A stretch of DNA of 64,000 nt from a virus (taxonomy: Duplodnaviria; Caudoviricetes). This document shows positions 20,543-30,149 of this stretch, one piece after another (positions within the stretch are counted from its first letter, which is position 1; each line of letters starts with the position of its first letter). The position numbers and the translations under genes are program-made. The stretch lies in IMG/VR virus record IMGVR_UViG_3300044627_001244, positions 506-64,505 of that record. The stretch is one strand, 5' to 3'. The notes below the pieces were generated by a model. The model saw only the letters and a program-made list of their open reading frames with translations. It made no database searches and had not been told where the DNA came from.

Positions 20543-21829
20543 TTAGAACTGAATAATTAGTTTAACGTCTTCAATCTGATCGGATGCTCTTGAAATAGGT
20601 ACACGGTTCTCAACGTAGATGATATCGCCAGAATATGGGCGAAGTCCTGGTGTGTCGATTACAGAGATTGTACCGGATGCGCCAGAAGTGCCACCTGAAA
20701 CTGAAGCGCCGTTAGCGAATGCCAAGTTCAGAGGTAGTGTTGAATAAACATGGGAGTTTGTGTTGTCCCACTCAACAACTGTAGCGGTGTTAGAACCACT
20801 TGTGAGGGTTTCATCAAGTGTGAATGGACCACTTGAAACACCAGTCAGGCTATACTTGAATGTCTGACGATATGAAGAAGCAACTGCGCGAGTTGTGGTG
20901 CCGTATGTATATGGATCGCGAACGATACCTACTTGACGGAATTCGTTAGCGGTAGATAGAGTATTAGACTCATTGCCATCTAGACGAACGTTCAACATTA
21001 CATACTTACCACCAAGTTCTTCAACTGCATTAGATCCATGACCACCCTTAGGTGAAATGATTGCTGTTGCGGCAGCGGCACCTGAAGCAAATGTTACTGT
21101 TGCTCTTGTATATCCTGAACCTGGATTTGTAATTGTAACTGCGGTTACTGCGCCAGCAGAAATCGTGCAGTTTGCTGTAGCGCCTGTACCATCACCAGTA
21201 ATTGTGACTGCTGGCGCAGAGCCATAGCCAGAACCTGGAGTTGTGACTTTAACAACGTGAATTGCGCCGTCAACTGCGGCCGCTTGAACGTCCCACTGGT
21301 CAGTACCATCGTCACCTGCTAGTGTCTGAACTGGAATGTAATCGTTTGTCAGAAACTTCAGAGCCTTAGCCGTTGTAACGGTATACATAAATTTCCAAAT
21401 GTATCCGTCTGCTGTAGTGAATTCTGAAGAAGACACACCAGTTGGCTTTGTTGTGGAGGCAGCCCCACTATTGTTGAAAAGACACTTGTAAACATTGTAA
21501 TCTTCTGTCATGACATAGAAATCATCGTCCAGAAGGTTGGTGTCTTGATCATCATACTGGTCATAAACTGTGCTTGTGGTCCAGTCATGACGAGGAACCG
21601 CATGAGTTACGTCTGCGGTAGTAATACGCTTTGCACCATACATATCTCGCCATGGTGTGAATTCAATATTTGCAGTTGAATTTACTGGCGTTGGAGGTGC
21701 GTTATCATCAGGAAATGCTGTAGATTTACCGATGAAGAGATACATAATGCTATTAGAAGTTTCGGAAAAGGCTTCCACAAACTGTTCGGCATTATGAACT
21801 CTAAATTTACTTGTTACGATTGATGGCAT
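20543..21829 (-). CDS. gp8: Baseplate wedge subunit
   Basis: IVTSKFRVHNA, YNVYKCLFN, DGYIWKFMY, PKGGHG, SGDIIYVENRVPISR, EDVKLIIQF. Confidence 0.92.
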   Translation of the reverse strand: MPSIVTSKFRVHNAEQFVEAFSETSNSIMYLFIGKSTAFPDDNAPPTPVNSTANIEFTPWRDMYGAKRITTADVTHAVPRHDWTTSTVYDQYDDQDTNLLDDDFYVMTEDYNVYKCLFNNSGAASTTKPTGVSSSEFTTADGYIWKFMYTVTTAKALKFLTNDYIPVQTLAGDDGTDQWDVQAAAVDGAIHVVKVTTPGSGYGSAPAVTITGDGTGATANCTISAGAVTAVTITNPGSGYTRATVTFASGAAAATAIISPKGGHGSNAVEELGGKYVMLNVRLDGNESNTLSTANEFRQVGIVRDPYTYGTTTRAVASSYRQTFKYSLTGVSSGPFTLDETLTSGSNTATVVEWDNTNSHVYSTLPLNLAFANGASVSGGTSGASGTISVIDTPGLRPYSGDIIYVENRVPISRASDQIEDVKLIIQF

Positions 21830-21876
21830 GTAATTTCTCCCATGAGTGTGCTTTGAAAGTTAGTTTTCAGTTTATT

Positions 21877-21884
21877 TATTTATA
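21877..21884 (-). promoter_or_regulatory. T4-type late promoter TATAAATA
   Basis: Exact motif upstream of gp8. Confidence 0.75.
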
Positions 21885-21896
21885 CGACATAGTAAG

Positions 21897-24800
21897 TCAT
21901 ATCTGCTTGTATGCAAAAATATTTGAATATGGTGATAATGGTTCTCTATCAACAACCATATACGTGGTATTTGCGATGGCTTGAACTAAGAATAATTCAT
22001 TATTTGCCACATAATTATCATTTGCGGAAAAATCGGCAACAAAATTTGTGTTTGCTCCGATAACTATTGATGCTGTATTTGTAAATTCAATATCATCAAT
22101 TGCCGATAATATGGTATTTTGATATATCTCCAGTGTTACGCCTGAGAACAATGCTGTATCTGAAGTTACTGTTCCTGCTATTTTTTCATATTTATTAACA
22201 TCAATAAATGTTGGAACTTGTTGATAATTTCCACTTAACGATTGAGATTCAAATTCCGAAATTTGTTCATCTGATAATACAGAAACAAACAAACCGTCAT
22301 AATCATAGTTTGCATATTTTTCGTTAGGTAAATCTCTTCTATATTCTTTAAAGAATGTGTCTGTGATTTCTACAGCCGAAGGATTTTGCCCTGTTGGCCA
22401 TTGTGATGGCGACACCTGTATTGATGTTCCCCCTTCTACAAATCCTTTAAATCCTCCAACAAATACATTTGCATACTCACTTAATTGAGTAGATGATAAT
22501 TCTGAAATTTCAATAGATGACCACAATTCATATGTCATTCCTGGAGAAATATCTACCGTAATTTCTCTAGATGGCACCGCAATTGATGTTGTGTCCACAT
22601 TTTGGTACGTTACAACATATTCTCTAAACGATCTTGGTGTGGAACGATATGTGCTGGATAATGTTCTATCTTTAATTTGATAGATAAATTCATTTTCTGG
22701 TATATAAGACTCAAATGTATCTCCAGCAAGTTCATCAATATACATGTCTGCAAAAGTTGTACCATATGCAAAAACTATATTTTGTGAGGTTTGAATCTTT
22801 TGTGGAGTTACTGAAGAGAATGCAATAATCATTGTAAACTCTGCATTTGCAAAGCCTAATGATTCAATCAGAACTGAATATTCCTGTGATGTTGATGATA
22901 CAACTTCAAGAGGTCCAAGATTGTATTTTGGCGCAAATACTGTCTGAATAAAGTCGGATTCGGCATTCAAGAATGTTATACTGTCAATTTCAACTTCTCT
23001 TGTTCCGGTCTGCTCTGTCTGAATATCACTAATCAGAACCGAGGCGGCCGCATTCCAATACAATTCAAGAATAAAGTTATGCTGTTTGAAGGTTTGAACT
23101 GTTACATCTTCAAAAAATGTTGTATCTCCACCACCCGGCACAAGTTTAACAACATATTCTCCAAATCTATATGGAATTTCTCCGAATCTTTCTCCAAATG
23201 TTATTGCCGCAAAGTCAGAAATATCCATATCCGCATATGGCAACATAATTAAATCGCCGTATATTGTTTCAGAATATGCTTCAAAGATTTGAGTATACGA
23301 CACAATCAATTTTCTGATTGGCGTAACTTCGACTTCCATTTCAGTATTAATTTCATTTGGCGCAATAACTCGAATTTCTCTAATTGAAATTGTTGTATTG
23401 TCAATAATATTTGTTAAGTCATCGCCACCCGCAACAACTTGAATGACATATTCTTGCGTTGCAATATCTGTATTTGGTATGATAGCAACAGGAAGTTGAA
23501 AGAAAGATTCAATTGTTGTTTCAATTGTAATATCAAATTCACCAAACGCAGGTGCGACTGTAACAAAATCGTAAATGCGAACAATAAAGTCTTTGATGGT
23601 TTCAATTGCTGATCTAAATTCTGGAGTTACGGTTACAGTATCAATCAACAGAATTTCACCAAAGACTTGAAGACCTGCGGGGTGAATTGACTTCTTAATT
23701 GTGTCGATGTATTTTTCTACAGTCAGACCACTCTTGATAACATATGAATAGTCTTGATAGTAGTAAGAGTCTTGAAGAATTTTATAATCTATTTTTCCAT
23801 CGTCATCTAGCCAACTTCCTTCACTAACACCAATACCAGAAATGATTGGTGTTAAGTTTGCATTACCATCACCGGTCGATGTGGCGTTAGCGGTTGCTGT
23901 AGTGTAATCAATACCAAAGTTTGAAATTTCAATCGCACGAATTGATCCAATACCTGTGATGTTATTTGCAGTATCAACTTCAACGTTTGCATTCATGCCT
24001 TGAACGCCAACAACTGTCAGAGATGCATTTGCACCAGATGAGGTGTTTACAGTAATTGTCGGTGGATTTGCGGCAAGATATCCATTACCAAAATTTGTAA
24101 ATTCAATTCGTGCGATTGGTCCATAAGAACCTACGTCCCAATCTTCTGTTTTGGCGGCGTCATCGTAACTCTGCTCAAACAACATTTCAAATCCATCTTC
24201 AAAAAGAAGTGTATTTGAAAAACTAGCGTTTGCCGTAACGGAAGCAATTTGACCTACTGCATTTGCGCCTGTGTTAGCAGTAATAACAAGAGAATCCCCA
24301 ACGTGATAATTTGTACCAGGATTGACAATTGTAACTAATTTGTCAGATAGCAAACCTAAAGATTCGATTGTTGAATCTATGAGAGTAATTGTCGGAGAAG
24401 CAAAATAGCCCGAGCCACGATTAATAACTGATACTTCAGCAACTTCACCTACAGTATAAGTGTTGCCCGTATTTGCATTGGTTACCGTATATGTGTTTGC
24501 AAGTTCAGTAACTCTAACAATGAGTCCAGTACCACCAGTGCCTGCATTATTAATTGATGCCGTAGTTCCTAAGCGATATCCGTGTCCTATAGTATTTACT
24601 TTAAGTGCTGTAATTGGAGATTGTTTAATTGATGAAACTAAAGCCTGTGCTTCAGAACCATCACCTGATATTGTGATTGCATCGCCAACTTGATATCCTG
24701 AACCACCATCATTGATTGTAAACCCCGCTACAATACCATAGATAGTAGCATTCAAATCTTCATCGTCAATATCTACAATTTCTTCGCCGGCATCAAAATC

Positions 24801-25607
24801 TGCTGAAACCAAACGCAGAGTCATTTCTGCGGTTTCAATTGAGCCGATGAAGAATTTTTTAATGTCTACAACGAAAGCAAGTGCGCCAGATGTTTTACCT
24901 CTGATTGTTTTATTCAGAAAGTCAAAAATGTTTCGTTCATATTGTGCGCCTGCATTATTCGTACCAAAGCCTACTGCTGTGGTACGAATAATTTGAGTCT
25001 TCTCAAAGTTACCATCCGATGAACGAATAATATCGTCACCCGGATAATAAAAGTCAATCTCTTCGTTGAAAAGAAGTCTAAACAAGAAACGATATGATTG
25101 TTCGTTACTCTTAGAGTTGAAGAAGTCTTTAAACTTAGACGCAACTAAAGGTTTGTTGCCATAAAAATCTACAGGCAAACTTGTATATAATTCATCTTTC
25201 AAATACTCAAAGTATTTGTCAATTGATGTGTCAAGGTTTCTGTAGTCTACTACATTACCTGTCGCACGAACAACGTTATCTTTTACGCTGTAGATTGTAG
25301 CCGTTGCGCCTGACGTTTGACCCGTGATAGTTTCAGACTTTGCAAATGCCTTCTTTGTGGAAACTTGAATGATTAAAGAATTTGTTTTTACTTCTCTAAT
25401 AATTCCAGTTGCTTTACTTGTTGCACCCACAACTTGTTCGCCACGTTGAAATGTACCAGTCTTATCTGTAAATACAACTGTAGTAGTTTGAAGCCATTCA
25501 TAGTATGCTTTTAAAAAAAGCAAAAACCTCTCATTGTCTTCGAAGAATTCATCTCCGAAGAACGAGTCTAGGTTTAGTGATGGCTTGAAGAAAACTTCGT
25601 TAGACAT
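21897..25607 (-). CDS. gp7: Baseplate wedge initiator-like protein
   Basis: FLKAYYEWL, SYRFLFRLLF, LQDSYYYQDYSYVIKS, IHPAGLQVFG; lies between gp6 and gp8. Confidence 0.85.
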   Translation of the reverse strand: MSNEVFFKPSLNLDSFFGDEFFEDNERFLLFLKAYYEWLQTTTVVFTDKTGTFQRGEQVVGATSKATGIIREVKTNSLIIQVSTKKAFAKSETITGQTSGATATIYSVKDNVVRATGNVVDYRNLDTSIDKYFEYLKDELYTSLPVDFYGNKPLVASKFKDFFNSKSNEQSYRFLFRLLFNEEIDFYYPGDDIIRSSDGNFEKTQIIRTTAVGFGTNNAGAQYERNIFDFLNKTIRGKTSGALAFVVDIKKFFIGSIETAEMTLRLVSADFDAGEEIVDIDDEDLNATIYGIVAGFTINDGGSGYQVGDAITISGDGSEAQALVSSIKQSPITALKVNTIGHGYRLGTTASINNAGTGGTGLIVRVTELANTYTVTNANTGNTYTVGEVAEVSVINRGSGYFASPTITLIDSTIESLGLLSDKLVTIVNPGTNYHVGDSLVITANTGANAVGQIASVTANASFSNTLLFEDGFEMLFEQSYDDAAKTEDWDVGSYGPIARIEFTNFGNGYLAANPPTITVNTSSGANASLTVVGVQGMNANVEVDTANNITGIGSIRAIEISNFGIDYTTATANATSTGDGNANLTPIISGIGVSEGSWLDDDGKIDYKILQDSYYYQDYSYVIKSGLTVEKYIDTIKKSIHPAGLQVFGEILLIDTVTVTPEFRSAIETIKDFIVRIYDFVTVAPAFGEFDITIETTIESFFQLPVAIIPNTDIATQEYVIQVVAGGDDLTNIIDNTTISIREIRVIAPNEINTEMEVEVTPIRKLIVSYTQIFEAYSETIYGDLIMLPYADMDISDFAAITFGERFGEIPYRFGEYVVKLVPGGGDTTFFEDVTVQTFKQHNFILELYWNAAASVLISDIQTEQTGTREVEIDSITFLNAESDFIQTVFAPKYNLGPLEVVSSTSQEYSVLIESLGFANAEFTMIIAFSSVTPQKIQTSQNIVFAYGTTFADMYIDELAGDTFESYIPENEFIYQIKDRTLSSTYRSTPRSFREYVVTYQNVDTTSIAVPSREITVDISPGMTYELWSSIEISELSSTQLSEYANVFVGGFKGFVEGGTSIQVSPSQWPTGQNPSAVEITDTFFKEYRRDLPNEKYANYDYDGLFVSVLSDEQISEFESQSLSGNYQQVPTFIDVNKYEKIAGTVTSDTALFSGVTLEIYQNTILSAIDDIEFTNTASIVIGANTNFVADFSANDNYVANNELFLVQAIANTTYMVVDREPLSPYSNIFAYKQI

Positions 25608-25609
25608 TT

Positions 25610-27433
25610 TTAGGTTCTATTTACAAGGCTAATTGTTTTATCGTCTATCATTGTTACCGAAATATCAGTATCTCGAATTCGAACGATTTGATTTCTGAGT
25701 GGTAAAATGTCTTTGTTTTGTGGTACTGCTGTGAGTTTTAAAGTTGTGCCGCCATCTGCAAACGCGGAAGGCGCAAAACTTGACAACACTATAGTTCCTG
25801 TGCTATAATTCAAGGTGCCAGCGTTTGATAATACTCCAACTCTAGTTGATCTAACCACATGATAGATTCGAATAATTCCATTGTTCTCTTCTAAAAAGCA
25901 ATTAGTTAATCCATTATATGTGAATTCATTTGAAGTCAGTTGATTACCTACACCATAAGGATGATCTGATGGACGTCCATCTGTTGTTGAGTTAATTGCA
26001 TTTGAAAACTTAATCTCAATTCTTTGTGCAATGTTCAATTGAATGTCTTTTTCAATTCTCATACGAACAGATATGTCCGAGTTAAGAATTGATCTTTCCG
26101 ATAAATCAATTAATCTAGATAATTTTGAATATCTGAAATACTTAGAGAATTGATCAATGTCGCTATCGTTGTAATTTTTAATGGTTGTGATTGCAATATC
26201 TTTAATTGAATTCTGACTTAGTGTTGTGATGTTAGAATCATATTTTACGTCAGCATTTACTAAAAGATAAATGTATTCTGGATCAACAATTTCAGTTCGA
26301 ACAGTAAGAATCTTTTTTGGATTAATAACACTTCGAATAATGTTAGTTTTTTCTGTCGCGCTCAACACATCACCGACTGTAGGTTTGATGGCAACAAATA
26401 CTTTACCATATTCAGGAGGTTCATTGTCTTCGCCTCCCCATACTGAAACCGAATCAACGGTGCTTTGCTGTAATAGCAGAGCCTTATAGTCTTCTACTGT
26501 AACTGCGCGATTCTGTGCTTCATATGCTTTTGGTGCGGCAAATTTTATGTGATTAATTGTTTCTTTTTCTTGTCCGCCAACGGCACCTGCGCTGGCGGTA
26601 AACACAATGTTTGTAATACCGGCAATGCTACTAGCGTATGAAACGGTTTCTATGTCATTCGCCAACGCACCTTTAGATACAAGATATTCTAATACTACAA
26701 CGTTTCCATTTTCTAATGCAACACCAAACGTGTCATCTCCAAATTTTACCTGAAACAGTCCGTCGGAACCTTCTTCTAGAAAATATACTAAGGAGTCTAA
26801 ATTAACATCGATTAAATTATCTGGACTAGTAAAAGTTCTAGTTGTGGTGTCAACTGAAGAGTTTAAAACTTTAACTACAAGTGTTGATGTATCTGCGTTT
26901 GAATTCAGAAGTTGAAATTTTTGATCTGGATCATTAGTGTTTACAATAAAAGTATTTCTTACAAAAGTACCTTCGGTTAAAACAACCTCTGTTGCAACAT
27001 AAGAACCTGAACTACCCGTGATTAGAATTGACTCCGTATTTAAAAAATTAAATGTAGTGCCTTCTAGTGTTCCTATAAATTTTGTATATGCAGGAATAGT
27101 AACTGTAGCAGGTGCGCCACTAGGCGTTACAGTAAGTGTACCTGTAACTTTTGCAGAAGAAGTTGAGCGCGGCGTGTAGTTTAAGGCTTTAGCCGCATTA
27201 ACAACTGAAGTTCTTTTCTGTGCGGTATTTAAAAATGCTTCGTTCAATACCATATTCAGATAGAACGAATTGTAATATGTATTATAAGCAAGCAAATCAA
27301 GCAATACATTCAGACCAGAACCTTCAAAGTTATAGTCTCTGAATTGATCCTGAGACTTTAAGTAGTCTCTTAAATTTGTTTTGATACCTTGAAAGTCTAG
27401 TTCATTAACTTTCAAATTTAGATTGTCTGCCAT
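25610..27433 (-). CDS. gp6: Baseplate wedge subunit
   Basis: LDFQGIKTNL, DYNFEGS, LLDLLAYNTYY, QNRAVTVEDY, VWGGEDN, YGKVF. Confidence 0.95.
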   Translation of the reverse strand: MADNLNLKVNELDFQGIKTNLRDYLKSQDQFRDYNFEGSGLNVLLDLLAYNTYYNSFYLNMVLNEAFLNTAQKRTSVVNAAKALNYTPRSTSSAKVTGTLTVTPSGAPATVTIPAYTKFIGTLEGTTFNFLNTESILITGSSGSYVATEVVLTEGTFVRNTFIVNTNDPDQKFQLLNSNADTSTLVVKVLNSSVDTTTRTFTSPDNLIDVNLDSLVYFLEEGSDGLFQVKFGDDTFGVALENGNVVVLEYLVSKGALANDIETVSYASSIAGITNIVFTASAGAVGGQEKETINHIKFAAPKAYEAQNRAVTVEDYKALLLQQSTVDSVSVWGGEDNEPPEYGKVFVAIKPTVGDVLSATEKTNIIRSVINPKKILTVRTEIVDPEYIYLLVNADVKYDSNITTLSQNSIKDIAITTIKNYNDSDIDQFSKYFRYSKLSRLIDLSERSILNSDISVRMRIEKDIQLNIAQRIEIKFSNAINSTTDGRPSDHPYGVGNQLTSNEFTYNGLTNCFLEENNGIIRIYHVVRSTRVGVLSNAGTLNYSTGTIVLSSFAPSAFADGGTTLKLTAVPQNKDILPLRNQIVRIRDTDISVTMIDDKTISLVNRT

Positions 27434-27436
27434 TTA

Positions 27437-27817
27437 TTATGCTCTTTGTAATGTAGTGGTGACGCTAGATTCTAGGTTCATGTTTTTGATTGTGTATTCA
27501 ACTGTAATCTTTACACCGTGATTGTTATCTGGTATTGCTTCAACTTTCTTCAGAATAACTCTAGATTCATTTCGTTGAATGGCGTTTGCGATTTCTCTTT
27601 CCATGTCAACAATTTCAAAAGGATTAAGGCTAGAGAACAAGTATTTCTTAATGTTCGTGCCGTAGTCTGGCATGAAAGGTTTTGTGCCTTTCTGCGTCAT
27701 AACTAAATTCTTGATTGAACGCTTGATCGCTACTTCGTTTGTGATGGGACGAACATCTCCCGTCACAGGATTTGGCGTAAAATCTAGCGGCAAGTCTTTG
27801 TAAAATACGAGTGCCAT
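27437..27817 (-). CDS. gp25: Baseplate wedge/sheath nucleator
   Basis: YKDL, AIKRSIKNLV, KPFMPDYG; immediately upstream of gp6. Confidence 0.9.
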   Translation of the reverse strand: MALVFYKDLPLDFTPNPVTGDVRPITNEVAIKRSIKNLVMTQKGTKPFMPDYGTNIKKYLFSSLNPFEIVDMEREIANAIQRNESRVILKKVEAIPDNNHGVKITVEYTIKNMNLESSVTTTLQRA

Positions 27818-27850
27818 AGCCTTTTGGTTTCTTCCTTAAATTATCTCTTG

Positions 27851-27858
27851 TATTTATA
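27851..27858 (-). promoter_or_regulatory. T4-type late promoter TATAAATA
   Basis: Exact motif upstream of gp25. Confidence 0.7.
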
Positions 27859-28051
27859 CTGCCTTCTCGGCAGTCTTAGCGTCTTGAATCTCTTTTCGTC
27901 TTTCTTTTACGGCTTTAGATAATTCTGCAAGTGCTTTTCTTGCTCTTGTTCCGGCTGCCTTTACGCCTTTTGCTTCGAATTTTTCATTCTCTACAATGTA
28001 TGTTTCAAATAAGTTTACTAAATTTTCATGGTTTGTCATAGTTTTCTCCAA
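27854..28051 (-). CDS. Histone H1-like (Hc1 family) small basic protein
   Basis: KFEAKGVKAAGTRARKALAEL...RRKEIQ matches the Hc1-like pattern; start probably at the internal Met (~28039). Confidence 0.7.
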   Translation of the reverse strand: MEKTMTNHENLVNLFETYIVENEKFEAKGVKAAGTRARKALAELSKAVKERRKEIQDAKTAEKAV

Positions 28052-28054
28052 GGG

Positions 28055-28948
28055 TTAAATTCCAACGATTGCGGTAAATCCATTTGAACTTCCGAACGTT
28101 GGGGTGTTCAATCTTAATGTTGCGGCATTTGCAACTGAGCCTGCGGTATTGGCTGCGGCATGTGCTGAGTTTGCTTCAGACCATGCTCTTTGAATCCAAG
28201 TGATTAATGTTTGCAATGTAACATCATTATTTGCATCTGCAAATCTGAGGTCTGTTGCTGAGTCTAAAGAAATATAATTTGCATTTACCGAAAATGATTC
28301 GTCAACGTTAAACGTTGTATTTCCTGAATCAAAAGTTGAGTTTGTTTCTGTATCAATAATGATCGTGTTTGAGGTAATTGAACAGGCTTCATCAATCGTT
28401 GCAGTTAATGTGTTTGAACTAATAAAAACGTTGTTTGATATAGTATTTGCGTTAGATATGCTATACATCTCAACGTCACTATTTGACGTAAAGGTTAAAG
28501 TTGCTTTAGATAAATTGTGACTTACTTGAATGTGTCCGTTTGATTCTGTCAAACTTTTTTCAACAACTTCAATGTAATTGTTTCCTAATTCTAAACAAGT
28601 GGTGTTGCCTGAATTACCATTTGTGTGAACACGACTAAAAGAACGTGTCACTTGCGTATTTGCAAACTTACTAGGAATTACACCAACGATAGCAGGTTCT
28701 TGTGCATTTAAAGAGTCCAAAAAGAAACCAAAGACCCAATCTCCAACTTCAAGTGGAGAATATAAGTTTGGTGTATTCGGTGAGTGAATTGCAGTTGCCC
28801 AAGGCAAATCTACAGTAGGAATCAAACTAGAGTCATCGTGATATCCAAAAACTCTAACTTTACATCTACCTAATGTTTCGGGGTCTCTGATATCTTCTAC
28901 AACACCAACCCACCAGATAAACCCATCATGACCTAAAAAATTCTGCAT
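28055..28948 (-). CDS. gp5: Baseplate hub/spike protein (OB-fold), no lysozyme domain
   Basis: GFIWWVGVVED, DP..LGRCKVRVFGYH, DLPWA, GDWVFGFFLD...QEP; short beta-rich C-terminus. Confidence 0.88.
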   Translation of the reverse strand: MQNFLGHDGFIWWVGVVEDIRDPETLGRCKVRVFGYHDDSSLIPTVDLPWATAIHSPNTPNLYSPLEVGDWVFGFFLDSLNAQEPAIVGVIPSKFANTQVTRSFSRVHTNGNSGNTTCLELGNNYIEVVEKSLTESNGHIQVSHNLSKATLTFTSNSDVEMYSISNANTISNNVFISSNTLTATIDEACSITSNTIIIDTETNSTFDSGNTTFNVDESFSVNANYISLDSATDLRFADANNDVTLQTLITWIQRAWSEANSAHAAANTAGSVANAATLRLNTPTFGSSNGFTAIVGI

Positions 28949-28951
28949 TCA

Positions 28952-29185
28952 TTATCCTCTGTGCTTGAAATACTGTATGCGTTTTTCTTGTTTAGCAATC
29001 CATTCATCTGAAGGTTTGCCTTCGCCGTCATAGTATGCAAGCGGTCTTCCTGTATTCTTTGATACTAGCGCCCACTTACCATCAACTTGCTTTAATACCT
29101 CAAGCAATTCTGGTCCGAACATATCTTCTTCCCACTCTTCTTGTGAGACTGTGGTGCCTTGAATAAAATCTTTAAAACGTTTCAT
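28952..29185 (-). CDS. Small hypothetical protein, possible capsid-internal protein
   Basis: MKRFKDFI N-terminus, LLE site, and EKRIQYFK C-terminus. Confidence 0.65.
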   Translation of the reverse strand: MKRFKDFIQGTTVSQEEWEEDMFGPELLEVLKQVDGKWALVSKNTGRPLAYYDGEGKPSDEWIAKQEKRIQYFKHRG

Positions 29186-30138
29186 AGGTTGTCTAGTTCT
29201 GAAGTGTCTAACGAATCTGGTGGTGTGTTATCACGAATCCAAGTTAGCAATTGCTTCTTAAGTTCAATTTCTTTCTTTGCTGGCTTTCCTGGCTCTTTCA
29301 TCACAAGATACTTAAAGTCTTTAATGACAGGGTTGCCTCTTTTGTCTCTGTATGGTTTTGATGTTTTTGGATCAACGATCAAAATAGTATTTTCTGGATT
29401 GTTTAGAATTACATAGATACCACCATTTACATCTGCTGGCAAACCAGTATTGATTAAACTGTAAACTGTTTCGGCTGCACCTTTGTGTGTTGCAAGTAAA
29501 ATGTCTTCTGGCACAACTCTGCTACGTGACTTGTTATTCTTAATTGCAATCTGATAGTTTGTCAACACCCAAGTCAAATGAATGTTCTTTGGTTCGTATC
29601 CTGCTTTGAGTAGAAGCGGCAATACTTTTTCCATGTCTTCTACGTCTTTGAATGTGCTGTCAAATAGAATGTTAGGCAACTGTCCTTTTTCTGCGCCAGC
29701 AAGCATTAACTCCAGCGTCTTATCTTTAGCGCCAGTAGCGCGAACAAGAACGTGCAGAATGTAAACATGCGTTGGCGTCTTCAGATTTAACTCAGACATT
29801 TTAAGTCCTTTGTCAAGAACTTCTTTTTGAATTAACTCTCTGTCTCTTTGTGAAATCTTGTCGCCGTATTTGTCTAGCAAATCTTTTGTGCTAAACTTAC
29901 CAAGATCATCTAATTTCTGAAATGCAATTTTTAATTCATCAACGTCACGAATTTTGAATTCTTCACCTTGCATAAAATGCTTAATAGCAAAACCTTTACC
30001 AGAACCTGCACCGCCTGCTAAGAATACAATTTGTCCATAACGTGCGCCGTTGTTGTAAAGAATTTGTTTCTCTACAAGTTCCATTGCACGATAATCTTTC
30101 ATCGTAGCAAATTCTGAAAATGAAATTGGTATTGACAT
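29182..30138 (-). CDS. P-loop NTPase/kinase (zeta-toxin/AAA_33-like)
   Basis: Walker A FLAGGAGSGKG, ILFDST, NKSRSRVVPEDIL. Confidence 0.7.
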   Translation of the reverse strand: MSIPISFSEFATMKDYRAMELVEKQILYNNGARYGQIVFLAGGAGSGKGFAIKHFMQGEEFKIRDVDELKIAFQKLDDLGKFSTKDLLDKYGDKISQRDRELIQKEVLDKGLKMSELNLKTPTHVYILHVLVRATGAKDKTLELMLAGAEKGQLPNILFDSTFKDVEDMEKVLPLLLKAGYEPKNIHLTWVLTNYQIAIKNNKSRSRVVPEDILLATHKGAAETVYSLINTGLPADVNGGIYVILNNPENTILIVDPKTSKPYRDKRGNPVIKDFKYLVMKEPGKPAKKEIELKKQLLTWIRDNTPPDSLDTSELDNL

Positions 30139-30149
30139 AGTTGTTCTCT

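Noticed and set aside
29182-30138. Zeta/epsilon toxin-antitoxin pair with the 77-aa neighbour
   Set aside because: Only the generic P-loop is recognisable, the small gene lies downstream and does not resemble epsilon, and the late-operon context fits virion proteins better.
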